Below, piece by piece: positions 40,351-55,966 of a DNA stretch of 64,000 nt. The stretch covers positions 138,446,001 through 138,510,000 of the forward strand of contig OX597817.1 in NCBI GenBank assembly GCA_951406725.2, in the 5' to 3' direction. The notes beneath the pieces are model-generated. The model made no database searches. It saw nothing but the letters and a program-made list of their open reading frames with translations, and was not told where the DNA came from. The DNA comes from Octopus vulgaris (taxonomy: Eukaryota). Every line of letters starts with the position of its first letter. Position 1 is the first letter of the stretch. A program made the translations under genes and the position numbers.

Positions 40351-40859
40351 AACAAATAATGCAACGATTTGGAAACTCTGATCGCCAACAAAGTCCGCGG
40401 TCCACCGAGATGTTTCTACAGATTTTCGTATTTTAATTGAGAGAATCATGAAAGCGTCGGGTAGAAGGCTTTAGAATATAAGTTCTGGCAGTCTGTGCTC
40501 TAAGGTCAACTTTGCCTTGCATCCTTTTAGGGTCGATAAGTAAAGTACAAACACTACGCCGGAGTCTATTCCTTTCCTCCTCTTCCTCTTCCTCCTCCTC
40601 CTCCTATCCACCTCCTCTCTAAATTCCTACTGAAATTCGAAGCTCCAGCCGTATCACATTTTGGCATGTTAACTCGGTTTATGAATTTCATGAAGGATAA
40701 ACGTGTCTGCGGAAAACTCAGCCACTTATACAGGAATTGTAGGAATTTATTTGGCGGAAAAAAAAATCATCGTTGACATTGACGGAGAACCCACCACGTA
40801 GTATAATGATTCTGAATATATGAAAAATTAACTTGAGAAAGATTTAATGTTGTAAATGG

Positions 40860-40899
<40 letters not shown>

Positions 40900-40971
40900 C
40901 ACGGTGTCACCTTTTTAAACACAATACCCATGCCCGAACACACGTGCGCATCGACACATGTACACACCCAT

Positions 40972-41002
<31 letters not shown>

Positions 41003-41347
41003 TGCATACACGGACGCATGCATACACACACACATACACCACAGGTACTACTGCACACTTGTTGCGTTTCTATGAAGGCAACAAATGCAGAAACAACCAT
41101 TTATAGTTTGTTCCCTTCTGCGGTGATTTTAGGTGAGAGAGTTTGAGAGGTTTTGTAACGAGGGTGACAACGGTTTGCGACGAGAGAGAGAGAGAGAGAG
41201 AAAGAAAGAGAGAGAGAGAGAGAGAGAGAGGATAGGTGTCATTGACTGACAATGAAAGATAGCAAGAAAGAGGGGAGTAGATGTCAGGAGCATGCATGCG
41301 TATGTGTATATATATATAATATATAATATATATATATATATATATAC

Positions 41348-41400
<53 letters not shown>

Positions 41401-41786
41401 TGTGTGTGTGTGTGTTGGGTGATAATTGTGGGGGAAGACAAGGGGACAGTGTATATAAAGAAGAAGAGCAAAACTGTTGAAGAGAGTCTGGCTGGTAGCT
41501 TTAATGAGCCGTAATGAAGATGGCCCATTGACTACAAAAGCTGTGTAAAGTCTGTGTATTTAAGTGTCTAAACAATTGCAGCTGCTCACGACTATCAAAA
41601 ATAATTCGGTGTTTTCATTTACACGCTACGCTTAACACAGACGTCTTCGCTTAATTGATATATAAAAGATCCATAAAATTCTCATCCTGACCAATCACAA
41701 ACAACAACAGTCATGTGACACTTTTTTTATCGCAATCGTATTTGTTTTCTAACTTTTTTCAAAAGTTTATAGTTTATAGTTTATAG

Positions 41787-41843
<57 letters not shown>

Positions 41844-44149
41844 TAAATATCTATCATGTTATCACTATTGTCACCAATGTCACTAAGATTTTGTTACTGG
41901 TTTCGGTGTTTGCTATATTTCACAAAAGATAACTTGTATTGTTTTAGTCGCTGTTTTTTTTGTGTTATAACTGTCGTCGGCGTTATAGTTGTTGTTGTTG
42001 TTGTTGATGTAAAGCCGGTATCATAAAACCTTTAAACGCGTCGTTATTGTTATGGGTTACTTATAATCGTCACCGGTGCCTCAGATTTATAGAGCAACAC
42101 TCTATGGGATTGTGGGGCGTTTATAAAAGGGAATTACCTACGCCAAGATTTTCACGAAATGGATGTAACCGTGAAGCGAAACCGCGTGGAAGGCTCGGCA
42201 CGTGGAGCCGCCTGGCAGTGAACTCAGCGTAATTTCATTATGGTTGTTACGAGAAATAAGGGCCAATCAAATACAGAACGATTTAATCAACTATGAAACC
42301 ACCACACAAAAACTGAGGTTTTGGGTCTCTGTTAGAAATTTTAATTGTTATTAATTAGAAATTTTAATTGTTATTAATGAAGAGAGCTGAAGTGAAAGAC
42401 TTGATATTCAATTATGCGACTCTATAGGTGCTAAGTTCAAATCTTGTGCAAACAAGTCTGTCTTTTATATATCAAAGGTCAATAAAAAAAAGTACTTGTC
42501 GAATATTGGGGTAGATATATTGGCTGGTACCCTCGGTCCCCCACCAAATATGTGCCTGTGAACAATGGATAGGAATCAATGTTATTTGAAATGGAGGGCG
42601 ATAGATGGGGTGGTGCTTGTTTGGTAACCTTTTTACATTCAGAGCTCAAATCAACTTTATCTTTCAACCGTTGGGATACAAGTGTTATCCCTCACTCACT
42701 TTAACTGACAGTACCTCGTCCCAATACCTGTGGTCATACATCCTTGTTAGAATACAATATTATTGCTGTTGTACCTGTGTTCAAATTTCATCTCAATCCG
42801 GCCTTACTATTATATTTCCACTCAAACATGTTACACTCGGTGTATGTTACAATCAAGGGTGTTACAGCTGGCTTAGTAGTCAAGAATGTCACAGTTTCGT
42901 GTGTTGTAACTGGTGTCATAATTTGATGTGTTACAGCACAGTGTTACGGTTTGGTGTGTCACAGTAAAGTGTGTCACAGTAAGGTGCGAACAGTAAGGTG
43001 TGTCACAATACGGTGTGTTACAGTTTGATGTGTTACAAGAATGTGTCAGTAACAATGGTGACTCCAAGAGACTGTGGTGCATCAAAAAATTTAGTTGCTG
43101 TCAAAGTGTTTCAGCAAAGAAATATTGTCTGAATGTTTTTGGCAGCCAAAAAACATTTTCTGAAGAGTTACAGGCAGTTCTTCATGATTGTCTCAAACCC
43201 ATCATCAAGAAAAGGGATTACACCTGAACCTATGATAACATGACAATGAAGGATCCTAATATTATATGTCTAGTTTTATATACCACAAAGAGCGAGGAGT
43301 ATTTAAGGACACTTAATTATCAGTATATTACTGATTTCAAACCAATAAAAAGAATGTTATTTGTTTTGTATGCCCCGTGGCAGATAAAATGCTAACATAA
43401 GAACTAAAAAAACATGCATTCATTGTTACACTACGTGCAGGACAAAGTGATTTAGAAATTTCTAATTTTGTAAATGCTGCAAGATCTTTTGTAGATAATG
43501 TTTGGATGAAAATGATAACGTCATCACAATACCATAACTTCACTGAAGGTGATGTCTGAAATGAATAAAGATCTTTTAGTGTCAACGATTCCGGTCTGGC
43601 ACTGAAACGGTAATCAAAGATAGATTCTAAGAATTATTTCAAAAAGCAAAAAAAAAAAAAAGGCTTATCGAGAATTAGTACACAAATTTTTATTAAAAAA
43701 TATTTGTTTTTTTCCGCTCCATAGTTTTAAACCGCTTTATTAAATTACGAAGCTGGAGCAGAACCGCGCCAAATATAAGGAAGGGTACTCTATTTTAGGT
43801 TTGAGAAGTTGTTCTGATGGTGAGGAGTTCAAATAGCCCCGGTGTCAACCTGCTCCTTTCTGTCTATGAATAAAAACTGACAAAGTGTTTAATTAACTTG
43901 ATAAATATTTCTTATATTATTGAAACAAATAAACAAATATCAGAGTGTCTATTTACTAAAAGACTATATATAAATCAGGAGTCCTCATAAATGGTTTATT
44001 AGCATTGGCATCAGAGGAATTATGGTGAAATGTTCTTCCTGAGGAAATAGGCGTTTTCACCGAAGAGAAGAGACAAAAATTTGGAACCAAAAGCAGGCTG
44101 TTGTTATCATAGTCGTTATTGTCGTTGTTGTTGCTGTTGCTGTTGAGCG

Positions 44150-44500
44150 TAACGGTCCTCGCCCAGGGGAAGAAGTCCGAAACGTGGTCCTTTGCTATTC
44201 GTTAGACCCGCAGAAGAGAAAGCAGGTCAACCCCCGACACCGAGAGCATCGACAGATGGATGAATGCGCATCCAGGCTCAGCGGTTGCGTAGGAAGTCGG
44301 GGACAAGAAACAGGAAGAAAGAGTGAGAAAAATTGGAGCGAAAGAGTACAACAGGGGTCGCCACTACCCCCTGCCGGAGCCTCGTGGAGCTTTAGGTGTT
44401 TTCGCTCAATAAACACACACAACGCCCGGTCTGGGAATCGAAACCGCGATCCTCCGACCGCGAGTCCGCTGCCTTAATCATTGGGCCTTTGCGCCTCCAC
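44150..44500 (-). mobile_element. tRNA-derived SINE; related copy at 51265-51510 (+)
   Basis: Minus-strand head gcgcaaaggcccaatgattaaggcagcggactcgcggtcggaggatcgcggtttcgattcccagacc, inserted in a (TTG)n tract. Confidence 0.8.
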
Positions 44501-45979
44501 TGTCGTTGTTGTTGTTGTTGAATTGCCCTACTTTAACCCTGATCGACGACCAATAATGAAAAGCAGTTCAATTGCGAGCGTGAATTATATTGGACTTTAT
44601 CATTTTTAATGAGTTCTTTAAGACAACAGGTCGACTTAGAGAAGTTTTAACTTCTACGTTTTGTAGGTCTATTCACCATATAGGGTCTGTCCTTTTAGGT
44701 GGTAGAAAGAAGGTCACTGATAAAACTGATTATACTCAAATCTCAATGGTTAAGTGCTTCTAACGGAAAATAGCTCAGTGACAACACTATAAAATTGGCG
44801 AGTGTTTCATTCGCCAAGTGTTTAGTTTCACATCATCCTGTCAGCTTAGAGAAAACAATGGGAGATAACTGCTGAGGACTGGAGGGGTAGTTGAATATTT
44901 CTACGAAGATCCAGTATTGATGTACAAACGACCATTACAAAATTAATCAATACCATAAGCAGGAGTCATTTACCATGACTTCTTTGGGGTGGGTAGACTG
45001 GAGAACCTTCTCCAAGGAGCAACAACAACAACAAGGGACACCCATGTCGATGGGAGTGAAGTATTCTACATATTGAACAAAAAATATTTTATTATTTTGC
45101 CCGGAAGTTTTCACTTTATAAGCATTGATAGTCAGCAAGATCTTTTAGCATTTAAAAGACACCGACTTTCAGAAACCAGTTGCAATGGTTAGCACAGCCC
45201 GTGGTCTTCCCTGTAGTCGTACATTATAAAGAGAGTGTATTCACCCCACGGCGACCAACCGCTATTAGAATGGAGGACAATTAATGTAAGTTATCGTCAG
45301 AAAAATGGGTAGATCCTAATTTAAAGGGCTAATCTTCGGCGAGGTGACAGTACTAATAATTACATTCAATAATGTTATCTGACATCATACAATTGTATTT
45401 GATAACAATGACATGTAAATATCGTTAAGAATTGAGGAGAGGGTGAATAAATAGCACCAAAATGAAGAATAGAGAGAAAAGGAAAGAGTGAGCAGTCGTG
45501 TGCAGGTTACGAGCTATTACACGCTCAACTGCACAAATGTACCAAGCGTAGCCAAATCGGAGCATTATGTCACATCTGCAGGCAGGTGATGTCAGAACTT
45601 AGTATATCTCAGTGACACCTTCACCGATCTGTCACCACACACACACACACTCACATACACACACACACTCACACACACACAAACACACACACGCGTGTAT
45701 ACACAGAGGCGCGCGCATACACACGCTGAGAGATCGAAACCGTCGTACGGTTTAGCCCCACCACCGCCACCACTACGTGATTTTTGGTTACCTTTAACAG
45801 AGTTCACTCTGTTAGGAACATTTGGAACCAGTCATCCCGTTCAAGAGGCTTTCTTAAATTCCTCTCACCTGTCTCACAAAACTTCAAAACAACATTTCAA
45901 TTTTCGGTTAAAAGAGAAATATTCTGTGGCTTGAAAACGCAACAACACAAAACTTTAAAAAACACCAGAAACATCAATT

Positions 45980-46016
<37 letters not shown>

Positions 46017-46422
46017 CATCAATACAAACTGCTGGGCGCAATATAATATCATAAAATAAAAATTCAATCGTCACTAAATGTGACTAAGGGTGCCGAGACA
46101 CCTACATTGCTAGAAATAGGAGTAAAATGCACTTTATGCTGTAGGAAGAGCGCTGTCAGGGAAACAAAACTCCTCATGACCGAATGGAGAATATGTATAT
46201 AAAGAAAATATGTAATGTCTTAAATCGACAGCTGTTTCAAGAACCCCGGAGTTACGTAATAGTCACAACTTGCAGGCGATATATACACAAAGTAGTGGAT
46301 ATCCAACAGGATGATAGTCATATGTAAGTACTACAGTTAAGAGGTTGTTCCTCTCTTCAAGATGCATATGTATGTGCACACACACACACATATATATATA
46401 CATATTCACACACACACGCACG

Positions 46423-46505
<83 letters not shown>

Positions 46506-47052
46506 TGGCAAATTTGTTGATGAAAATGCACCTATATTTGAAACATTTGTAATCGTTTAAAATAAATTTATTTACATATATACCAAACTAGTTTCAACAA
46601 TATTTTTTGTTTATCAATGGTAAAAATTTAGAATTATGAATTAGAAAAACATGTTCAAAAATTTCGATGTTGATAAGTTTAAATGTTCATAACAGTCAAT
46701 AATATTAAAAGTGTGCTTGAATTTGAATGTACACACCTCATTAGTTTTAGTAGTGATCGATCAGAAATGAATATCATCAAAGTTTCAGTCATGAAACGCA
46801 GACAAGGAACAAAAAGAGACAATCAAACAATTGTTCGAGGTTTATAAAATATCCTGGTGGATTTCCTGCAGATGCAATGAGCCAAAGTGGTGAAACGTTT
46901 TACCAATTTATTATAGACAGAATTATTAAGAAATGAACGGAAAGTAAATATGACCTCGTTTCTGTCTTTTAGAATGGTTAAAATGCTTCTGTTCGGTTGA
47001 ATATATTTCATTGTTTCAGAACACCAGTTTCGATAAGTCACTTGCCAAACAT

Positions 47053-47119
<67 letters not shown>

Positions 47120-47293
47120 CAAACGTATTTGCATATATATAGACATATTCATTAACTTTGACAAGGATATGTGCTGACAGTGACCATATATAAACATTAA
47201 TAATAACACCTATATACGTTTATATACGAATATATACATATATAAACAGAAGTACATATAAATTTATATTCATGCATATATTCATACAGACAC

Positions 47294-47480
<187 letters not shown>

Positions 47481-47500
47481 CTATATATTTATAAAAATAT

Positions 47501-47535
<35 letters not shown>

Positions 47536-47554
47536 CATACATATATATATACAT

Positions 47555-47606
<52 letters not shown>

Positions 47607-47637
47607 TTTTATAAATATATAGATACACACACACACA

Positions 47638-47680
<43 letters not shown>

Positions 47681-47751
47681 CTATATATACATACGTATTT
47701 ATATATGTGTGAACGAACGTGTGTATATAAATTTATATACTTATATATGTA

Positions 47752-48847
47752 CGAGGTGTTGTCAAAAAGTATCCGACCTTGATTTTTTTTTGACAAAATA
47801 ATGCGCGAGCAAAATCCGCATCGGTATTAGGTGGTCGCGTCCTTCCTGAGCATGCGCATAAATGTTCGTGTCTGTAGATTACGCCATTCGCCGGCAGTGA
47901 TGTGTTGAGCGCAGATGTGAAGAGTGTGCTGTGCGATGATCTTTCTTCTTGAGCCAAGAGGATCGATCGCATTGAGCAAAGAGACTGTGTCAAATTCTGC
48001 CAAAAACTTGGTGATACGCAAGCCCAGACTATCGAGACGATTCAGAAGGCTTTTGGAGACGATGTTATGCGAAAAAACACAAATAAAGGAGTGGTACAAC
48101 CGGTTCAAAGATGGCCGCACATAAGCGAATCACGTTGTAGAATACCATTGACTAACTGAAACGACGTAATGATTGCAAAGCACGCCGGGCGAAATGTGTA
48201 GCCGTATTTCGTCTGCCGTTACGTTCTGAGTTCAAATTCCACCGAGGTCGACCGTGCCTTTCATCCTTTCGGTGTCGATAAATTAAGTACCAGTTACGCA
48301 CTGGGGTCGATATAATCGACTTAATCCGTTTGTCTGTCCTTGTTTGTCCTCTCTTTGTTTAGCCCCTTGTGGGTAGTAAAGAAAAAAAAAGGTTCGAGGA
48401 ATAGTTTATGAAAACTGCCCTGTGACTATTGAGGAGATTGTTGCCGAAGTTGGACTCAGCCATAGGCCAGTTCAGCCAGTTTATTCTGCCCACGTCGTCC
48501 AAGCACTACTCGTTAAGCAAAACACCTCATTTGTTCGTCAGGCTTCCTACTCCCCAGACTTGGCTCCGTGTGACTTTTGGCTATTCCCAAAGGTAAAAAA
48601 AAAAAAGGAAATCACTCAAAAGGAAAAGATTTGAGCCAACACAGGACATTAAGAAATGCGATGGCACGGCTCTACAGCATTGTAGGAAATGTTTTCCAGA
48701 AATGTTTCTGGGAGTGGCAGGAACACTGGCAGAAGTGTGAAGACTCCCAAGGCGAATATTTTGAAGGAGACTAAATCAAAATGGTGAGATTTTTTTTATA
48801 TTACTTGTTTTGGGGCCAAAGGTCAGATTCTTTCTGACTACACCTCG
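47752..48847 (+). mobile_element. Internally deleted mariner transposon with nested SINE
   Basis: ~29-bp imperfect TIRs cgaggtgttgtcaaaaagtatccgacctt with TA at both ends. Peptides EQRDCVKFCQKLG..EWYNRFKDGR and YSPDLAPCDFWLFPK. SINE C at 48180-48390. Confidence 0.9.
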
Positions 48848-48987
48848 TACACATACATACATACATACATATATACATACATACATACATACATTCATAC
48901 ATACATACATACATGCATACATACATACATAGATGCATACACACATACATACACACACACATATATACACGCACACATATATACAAG

Positions 48988-49024
<37 letters not shown>

Positions 49025-49072
49025 GCATCTCTCAGTCTACATACATCATAATGTATATAAATATGCATGTCT

Positions 49073-49112
<40 letters not shown>

Positions 49113-49246
49113 GAGAGGTATTGGTATCCAGAAGACCCAAGATGGCAGGTAAGGCTATGTAAGTGTTACGGGAGGACCGTACTTAGACTCTCGGTTCGAT
49201 AATAATACGGGTGAGGAGTTTAATGCGGGTCTTGTGTGAGCATATA

Positions 49247-49472
49247 TGTGTTAAATAAAATGAGACAACAAAGCCAAGGCTGTGTGGAATGTATAGGACA
49301 TTTATAAAGAGAAGGGTAGTCTTACAGCTGTTTCTGGGATATCCCTTCATATCGTCTCTGAGGAAGGGATATCCCTAATATCCGAGAAACAGCTGTAAAA
49401 CTACCTTCTCTTTATAAATGTCCTATAAATTCTATACAGCCTTGGTTTTGTTGTCTTGTTTTATTTAACACA
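49247..49472. mobile_element. Fold-back Penelope-type repeat with HHR at 49354-49401 (+)
   Basis: ~95-bp diverged arms. gtct-CTGAGGA-a-gggatat..atatccga-GAAAC-AGCT-GTA-aaac; the left arm has agac, which restores stem I. Confidence 0.7.
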
Positions 49473-49777
49473 CACGCACACACACGCACACACACACACA
49501 CACACACACTCACACTCACACACACACATATATATATGCATGTATGTATGTATATAATATAAATAATATACATGCATATATACATATGTATATGTACATA
49601 CTTACATCTATATGTATATATATATGCGTATACACACATATATACACATATATATATTTATATATATATATATATGTATTTATATACATATACATACTTA
49701 TAATATAATATATATATATATATATCTGTGTGCGTGTGTATGTGCATGTACGTACATGTGTGTGTGTACGTTTGTGT

Positions 49778-50459
<682 letters not shown>

Positions 50460-52249
50460 TATATGAAAGGTATTGGTACGTGTGTGTGTATAGAAAGCCA
50501 GAGCTGTACATACTCTCAGTTCCGATCCTCGGTCGATTATAATGAACAGAACATACGACAAATAGATATGCTTCGATTAGATAAGGATGGAACAAAAATA
50601 TCTTGCCTCGCCGATAAAGTAACCGTTATTGTGATGGGTGAATATACTGGTTAGAAAAGAAAATGAAGAGGAGAAAGAAGTAACATGGTGTAGGTGCTGT
50701 GTAAATACATATACAATAAAAAAAAATGGCTGTATAGATAAACCGGATGTGAGGGAGGAAAAAATAGATAAAATTTAAGGAGAGTAAATAAAAGGAAGAT
50801 AGATTTTAAAATGCGATGTGTTACGAGGGTCTAACCATGCAAAATTATTCAATGGTTTATTGATTCAATTACAACAAAAAACATCAAAGAGATTAATGTA
50901 AGGCGGTACAGAGGTGCAACAAAAAATAAACAAAGGTATGTTAATAAACTCTGAAAAATTCGGGCATTTTTTTTTTAGTTGTGAAAGTCGTAAAAAAATG
51001 AATAATTTGTCCTTTAAACACAGTTTACTTATAAACAGTTGCATCTTTGAGTGTTGTAAAAACCACCTGCCGCCAAAAATATATAAATAAAATATATTTA
51101 TACATATGTATAATATATAAATATAATATGTATGGCATAAAAATACAATATATGATACATTTCATACATATATCAAATAATATATAGTGTATTATACATT
51201 ATACAAAGATGATATAATATAAAAATAAATATAATACATACAATATATATATCACGTATTGCGTAATGGCCCAGTGGTTAGGGCAGCGGACACGCAGTCA
51301 TAGGATCGCAGTTTTGATTCCTAGACCGGGCGTTGTGAGTGGTGGCGAACCCTGCTGTACTCTTTCACCACAACTTCCTGTCACTCTTTCTGTTGTATCT
51401 GTATTTCAAAGGGCCAGCCTTGTCACACTCTGTGTCATTCTGAATCTCCCTGAGAACTACGTTAAGGGTACACGTGTCTGTGGAGTGCTCAGCCACTTGC
51501 ACGTTAATCTAAAAGATACCATCGTGCTAGAGATAGCAGTCAAAACTTGACTCTAAAACCACATCATGTATTCATACAGCACCAGGAGAAGAGACAAAGG
51601 GACAAATAAACTAGCAAAAGATTATCGGATAATCCCAGAAATCTAGATCTGGTCTAATTTTGTAAAGGATTAACTGGACCGTTCTGTTTTTTTTATTGTA
51701 CTGTGACTGCTCCAATTTATTTGAACTAGATGTGACAACCTGTCATGCCAAACATTCAAGAGGACTTTGAAGATGTGGAGTTTATTTCCAGCAAGATGGA
51801 ACAACCCAACGCTAACATAGTATTGTAAGGGCCTATCTTGATGATAGGGGATTTCGATGAAATGTTTCAATAGAATATACTCTACGCTCACCGGATCTTA
51901 CATCACCGGGCCTTTTTTGAAGGAGATACCAAAAAGTGTAAAACCCGCAGCAGTCGTCGAATTGAGGGCAACCAATGTATGAGCATGAATATAAATATAG
52001 CACAGGAAATGTTTCTTGATGTTTGCAATTCCATTGCTTTGCGTTTTGAGCGGTGCCTTGGCTACAGCAGTCATCAGTCTGCCAACTGATGTTCATAAAA
52101 TCTTTAAAGTCTTTCTGTAGATTCAATTAAATTTCGAAAATGAAGTGTATTTTAATAAACACTGACTTTATAATCATTCAGTGTGTGTGTATACATTTTG
52201 GGGGGGACTTTCCTTCCCGCCCCTCTCTCTCTACACACATATATATATA

Positions 52250-52500
52250 GGGAGAGTTTACGAAAAAAAAAACAAAAGACGAAGACAGGTGGTGTAAAAA
52301 AAAAAGAGATGTATTAGTATCACGCTCAGGAATAGAAAAAAGTCTTTTACGTTTCGAGCCTACGCTCTTCTACGAAAGGAACACAGAAAGAAACAAGGAG
52401 AGAAACAAGGAGAGAAAAAAGGAGAGAGAAAAAAGGAAAGAGAAAAAAGGAGAGAAAAAAGGAGAGTAAAAAGGAGAGAAAAAAGGAGAGAAAAAAGGAA
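52250..52500 (-). mobile_element. Penelope-type terminal repeat with HHR-like motif; related at 61575-61735 (+), 19073-19225 (-), 11875-11990 (-)
   Basis: Minus strand: tcgtaga-a-gagc-gtag-gctc-GAAACGTA-aaag. It runs into a 12-bp aaaaggagagaa tandem. Confidence 0.55.
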
Positions 52501-53604
52501 CACACACACATACACACACACACACACACATGTATATATACCGCCATTCTTACTAGTATATGTTGAATAGAAAAATTCTAAGGTTGAAAAAAGAAAAACA
52601 ACGCAGTATGTATTATGTATCATTGTGTTTGTGTTGTAATCGTTATATTAAACGATATCAATACATTACAAAGCAATAAACGGAAAGTCGACGACGTAGG
52701 CAGGGAGATCAACCGAAGCCTTCCATCATTCTTAGGGTCATGGCTTTTCACATTTTTGCACAACAGCAAGAAAATTGAGAGATTATATTCTTGTGAAAAT
52801 TGGTGGTATTGATAGTGGTAGTGGTATCGGGTGGTGGCAGTGGTAGGTTTCGTTTTTGTTTAGCAGACCGATAATCAAAAGTATTTCAGCCGTGACCATC
52901 CCGTTTGTTTCTTATTTGCAGAGAACATTAGCCCACATTATTCAGCGAGTTCTGTTTCCAAGATGCTGTGTGTGATGTGAGAAAGATTTGGCTGCTGTTT
53001 CAAGCTGATGTCGTTGGTATTAGTGAACAATGAGGATGGTGAACGCTGTAGCAGTTATTCGTGCTTTTGTAAGACTCTAATGGCGGGTTCAGACCCGTTA
53101 CACGGTGTCAGGTCAAGAACACTGATTGGTCAGTCAACTATTCTTTGATTGGTCAGTTTAAATATGTCTTAGAGGGATCAGTGAAAGGGTTTCGTTTGGT
53201 CAGCTAATGTCATTGACTGGTTATCTTTTATCTTGTTGCAGTCATTAGACTGGAGCACCGCCTTGAAGAATTATTTTTTTAGTCGAATGAATCAACCTCA
53301 ATGCTAAATATTTTTTCATAAGCCAGGTACTTACCCCATCGGTCTCTTTTGCCGAACCGTTAAGTTACAGGAACTTGAACACATCAGCATCGGTTATCAA
53401 GCGATGGTGGGGCACAAAAAAACACACACTCATATGTACGACGGGTTTCTTCCCACTCACAAGGCCCAAGGCGATAAAAGAACACTTACACAGACTGCCA
53501 CGCAGTGGGACTGAACTCGGAATCACGTGGCTGAGAAGCAAACTTCTTACCACACAGCCACGCAGTCCTTCACAGTAAATATGTCAGTTATGAGGAAAGT
53601 GAGA

Positions 53605-53637
<33 letters not shown>

Positions 53638-53864
53638 AGGAGGGATAGAGAGGAGAGAGAGAGGAGAGAGAGAGAGGAACTAACCAGTTTTCAGAATACA
53701 AACTGACATGTTGTACATGTGCAATATATGTGAACTGTGCCTCCCCGACCAGCATATTTTTGGGTTTTAGTTCTAAAAAATATTTTACAAGACGCTTTTT
53801 ATCAGACTTGTTTGCTTTGACTTATTTCCCAACAAAACTTTCTCCAACTTTCTTTTTAATTCAG

Positions 53865-53936
53865 TTACAAGACCAATCATTACGTATTGGATAATGTTTT
53901 TCATAAATCTTCACATAATGGAACTGGCACACACAG
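53865..53936 (+). CDS. Candidate 72-nt symmetric exon, hydrophobic (signal-peptide-like)
   Basis: ttctttttaattcAG acceptor and cag/GTAAGT donor. The phase-1 frame is open: TRPIITYWIMFFINLHIMELAHT. Confidence 0.3.
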
Positions 53937-55966
53937 GTAAGTTAATTAAAGGTAAGTTAATCAATGATAAGTTAATTGATTTGAGGTAAGTTGAGTTGAC
54001 TAAAGTATTCAAATGAGATCGAAGATAATAAGAGGTAAGCTAAAAGTAGGTCGATGATTAGGGGTGTTGAAGTGAGATTAATTAGGTGTAAATTAATAAC
54101 AAATGAATTGTTTAGAGTTATGTTTATTAGAGGTAAACAAATGGGAGTTATGTTAGTAAATAATAAATTAATTAGAAGTTAATTAAAAATAAGTTAAAGG
54201 GATGTAACTGGATTTGAGATAATTTAATTAAAAATAATTTTATTGGTTAATTAGTGGTAAGTTAGAGATAAATTAATTAGTTGTAGGTTGATTAGAGATA
54301 AACCGATTAGGTATAAGTTAATTACAGATAAATTTCTGGCCAGTCATATCCGTGATTTTCAATGGCAGCCATGATACAACCACTGACATTTCATGTGAAT
54401 TTAAAAACCATAAAACATCACCCGTTCTCATTTTTGTTCTGATTAAATCCGTTGTATTTTGAAAGAATTAGAAATTTCTTTCTAAAACCGGATATCTTCA
54501 CAATTCTAAAACAGAATTGACACAAGTTCAAACCCATGTCTAATCCAAAATAATGCTTAGAATAATTTTATTTCGTCGACATCAATGTCTGTATATTCTT
54601 TATGTTTGACGAAAAATGAAAGCTATTTGTCTTACATGCTAATTAGCTAATTATCTGATTATCTGCATGACGAAGATGTTTTACTGAATTCTATATTATA
54701 TAGTAGAATCAACTTCGTTCACTACAATGCCATACTACTAGCCGAAAATTGGAGAGATAGTATCACGTCACTGGCGCAGTATTGTTTCTCTGGTCAACGA
54801 TTAGTTCCTTGGTATTTGATTCTCCTCGGTATAGATAAAATGTAGATCATTAATTAACGAGTGTACATACAGATACAGTGAATAACCGTGGATTTTTAAC
54901 TAACGAGGTTATTAATAGATACAGTGTCTAATTATGGATTATTACTGCAGTATTAAGGGCTTTTTCATTAACGTGAATTATATTGTGTTGTTCAAGTTTT
55001 TTTTCTAGTAGAAAGCCAACAGGTATTTCTCCATTACTCAACAGAGATTAACGTCCCACACATTTTCATTGTATTAGGTTCGTTTCTAATTCCTCTGGTG
55101 ATGCCTGGTCATGATGAATCCGTTTAGAACTCTCTTCAAATGAACGTTTGCTTTTTCAATGGATATCGTACAATATGGCAGACATTCTCCCACTACTTCA
55201 TGTTCCGCCTACAGACTAAAAGCTGAACACTCATTGCAGACGGAGCCAGTCTCGCCGTTCGTATTTATCAACAACAGCGCAAATCAAGGAGCGGCAGCTT
55301 TTCACCGAAAATGGCGCTCTCGGTTATTCTCCAGTGGCAGACATTACAAATTAGATTTCTTAGAGACATCAAGAGAACCAATTTATGTCATTTGTCTGTT
55401 GTAACATTCTACAAGTTAACTTTTTAAAATATTGTTGCCTCCAACCATACAAATTTGTCTGTCACCTCTCTTGAATTTTCATTTAAAATTCTTTCTTAAA
55501 TATCAAAATATACAAAGTTGGAGCATAGCATTCATGCCTGAGACTTCATTCTATGCTTATACGTAATTAAATAACTGCATTGAAGGCGGCGATCTGGCAG
55601 AATTGTTTTTGCGTCTGATGAAAATGCTTAGCGAAATTTCTTCCGGCTCTTTACATTCAAAGGTCAGATTCTGCCGAGGTCGACTTTGCTTTTCATCCTT
55701 TTGGGGTCGATGAAATAATTACGAGTTGAACACTGAGATCGATGTGATCCGACAAACCCCCTCCATTAAAAATTACAAGCCTTGTAAAAATATTTTTAAA
55801 AAATGAAGCAATAAGACTGTATTGTACATAGTTATAATAAAAATATTTAAAACCTCTTCCTGTGTTTAGATAAATAATTGATTTGTGGGTGTGGACGACA
55901 TATTATTAAGAGTGGTACTTCACAAACGTACTCTGATTTTTTCCGTTGATATTTTGTATTCTGTTA

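Noticed and set aside
41655-41700. TATA and CCAAT promoter
   Set aside because: CCAAT lies downstream of TATA on +, and such motifs are common in AT-rich DNA. No linked exon could be shown.
55159-55404. 81-aa ORF in unique sequence
   Set aside because: No recognisable motif or splice context, and the length is within chance expectation.
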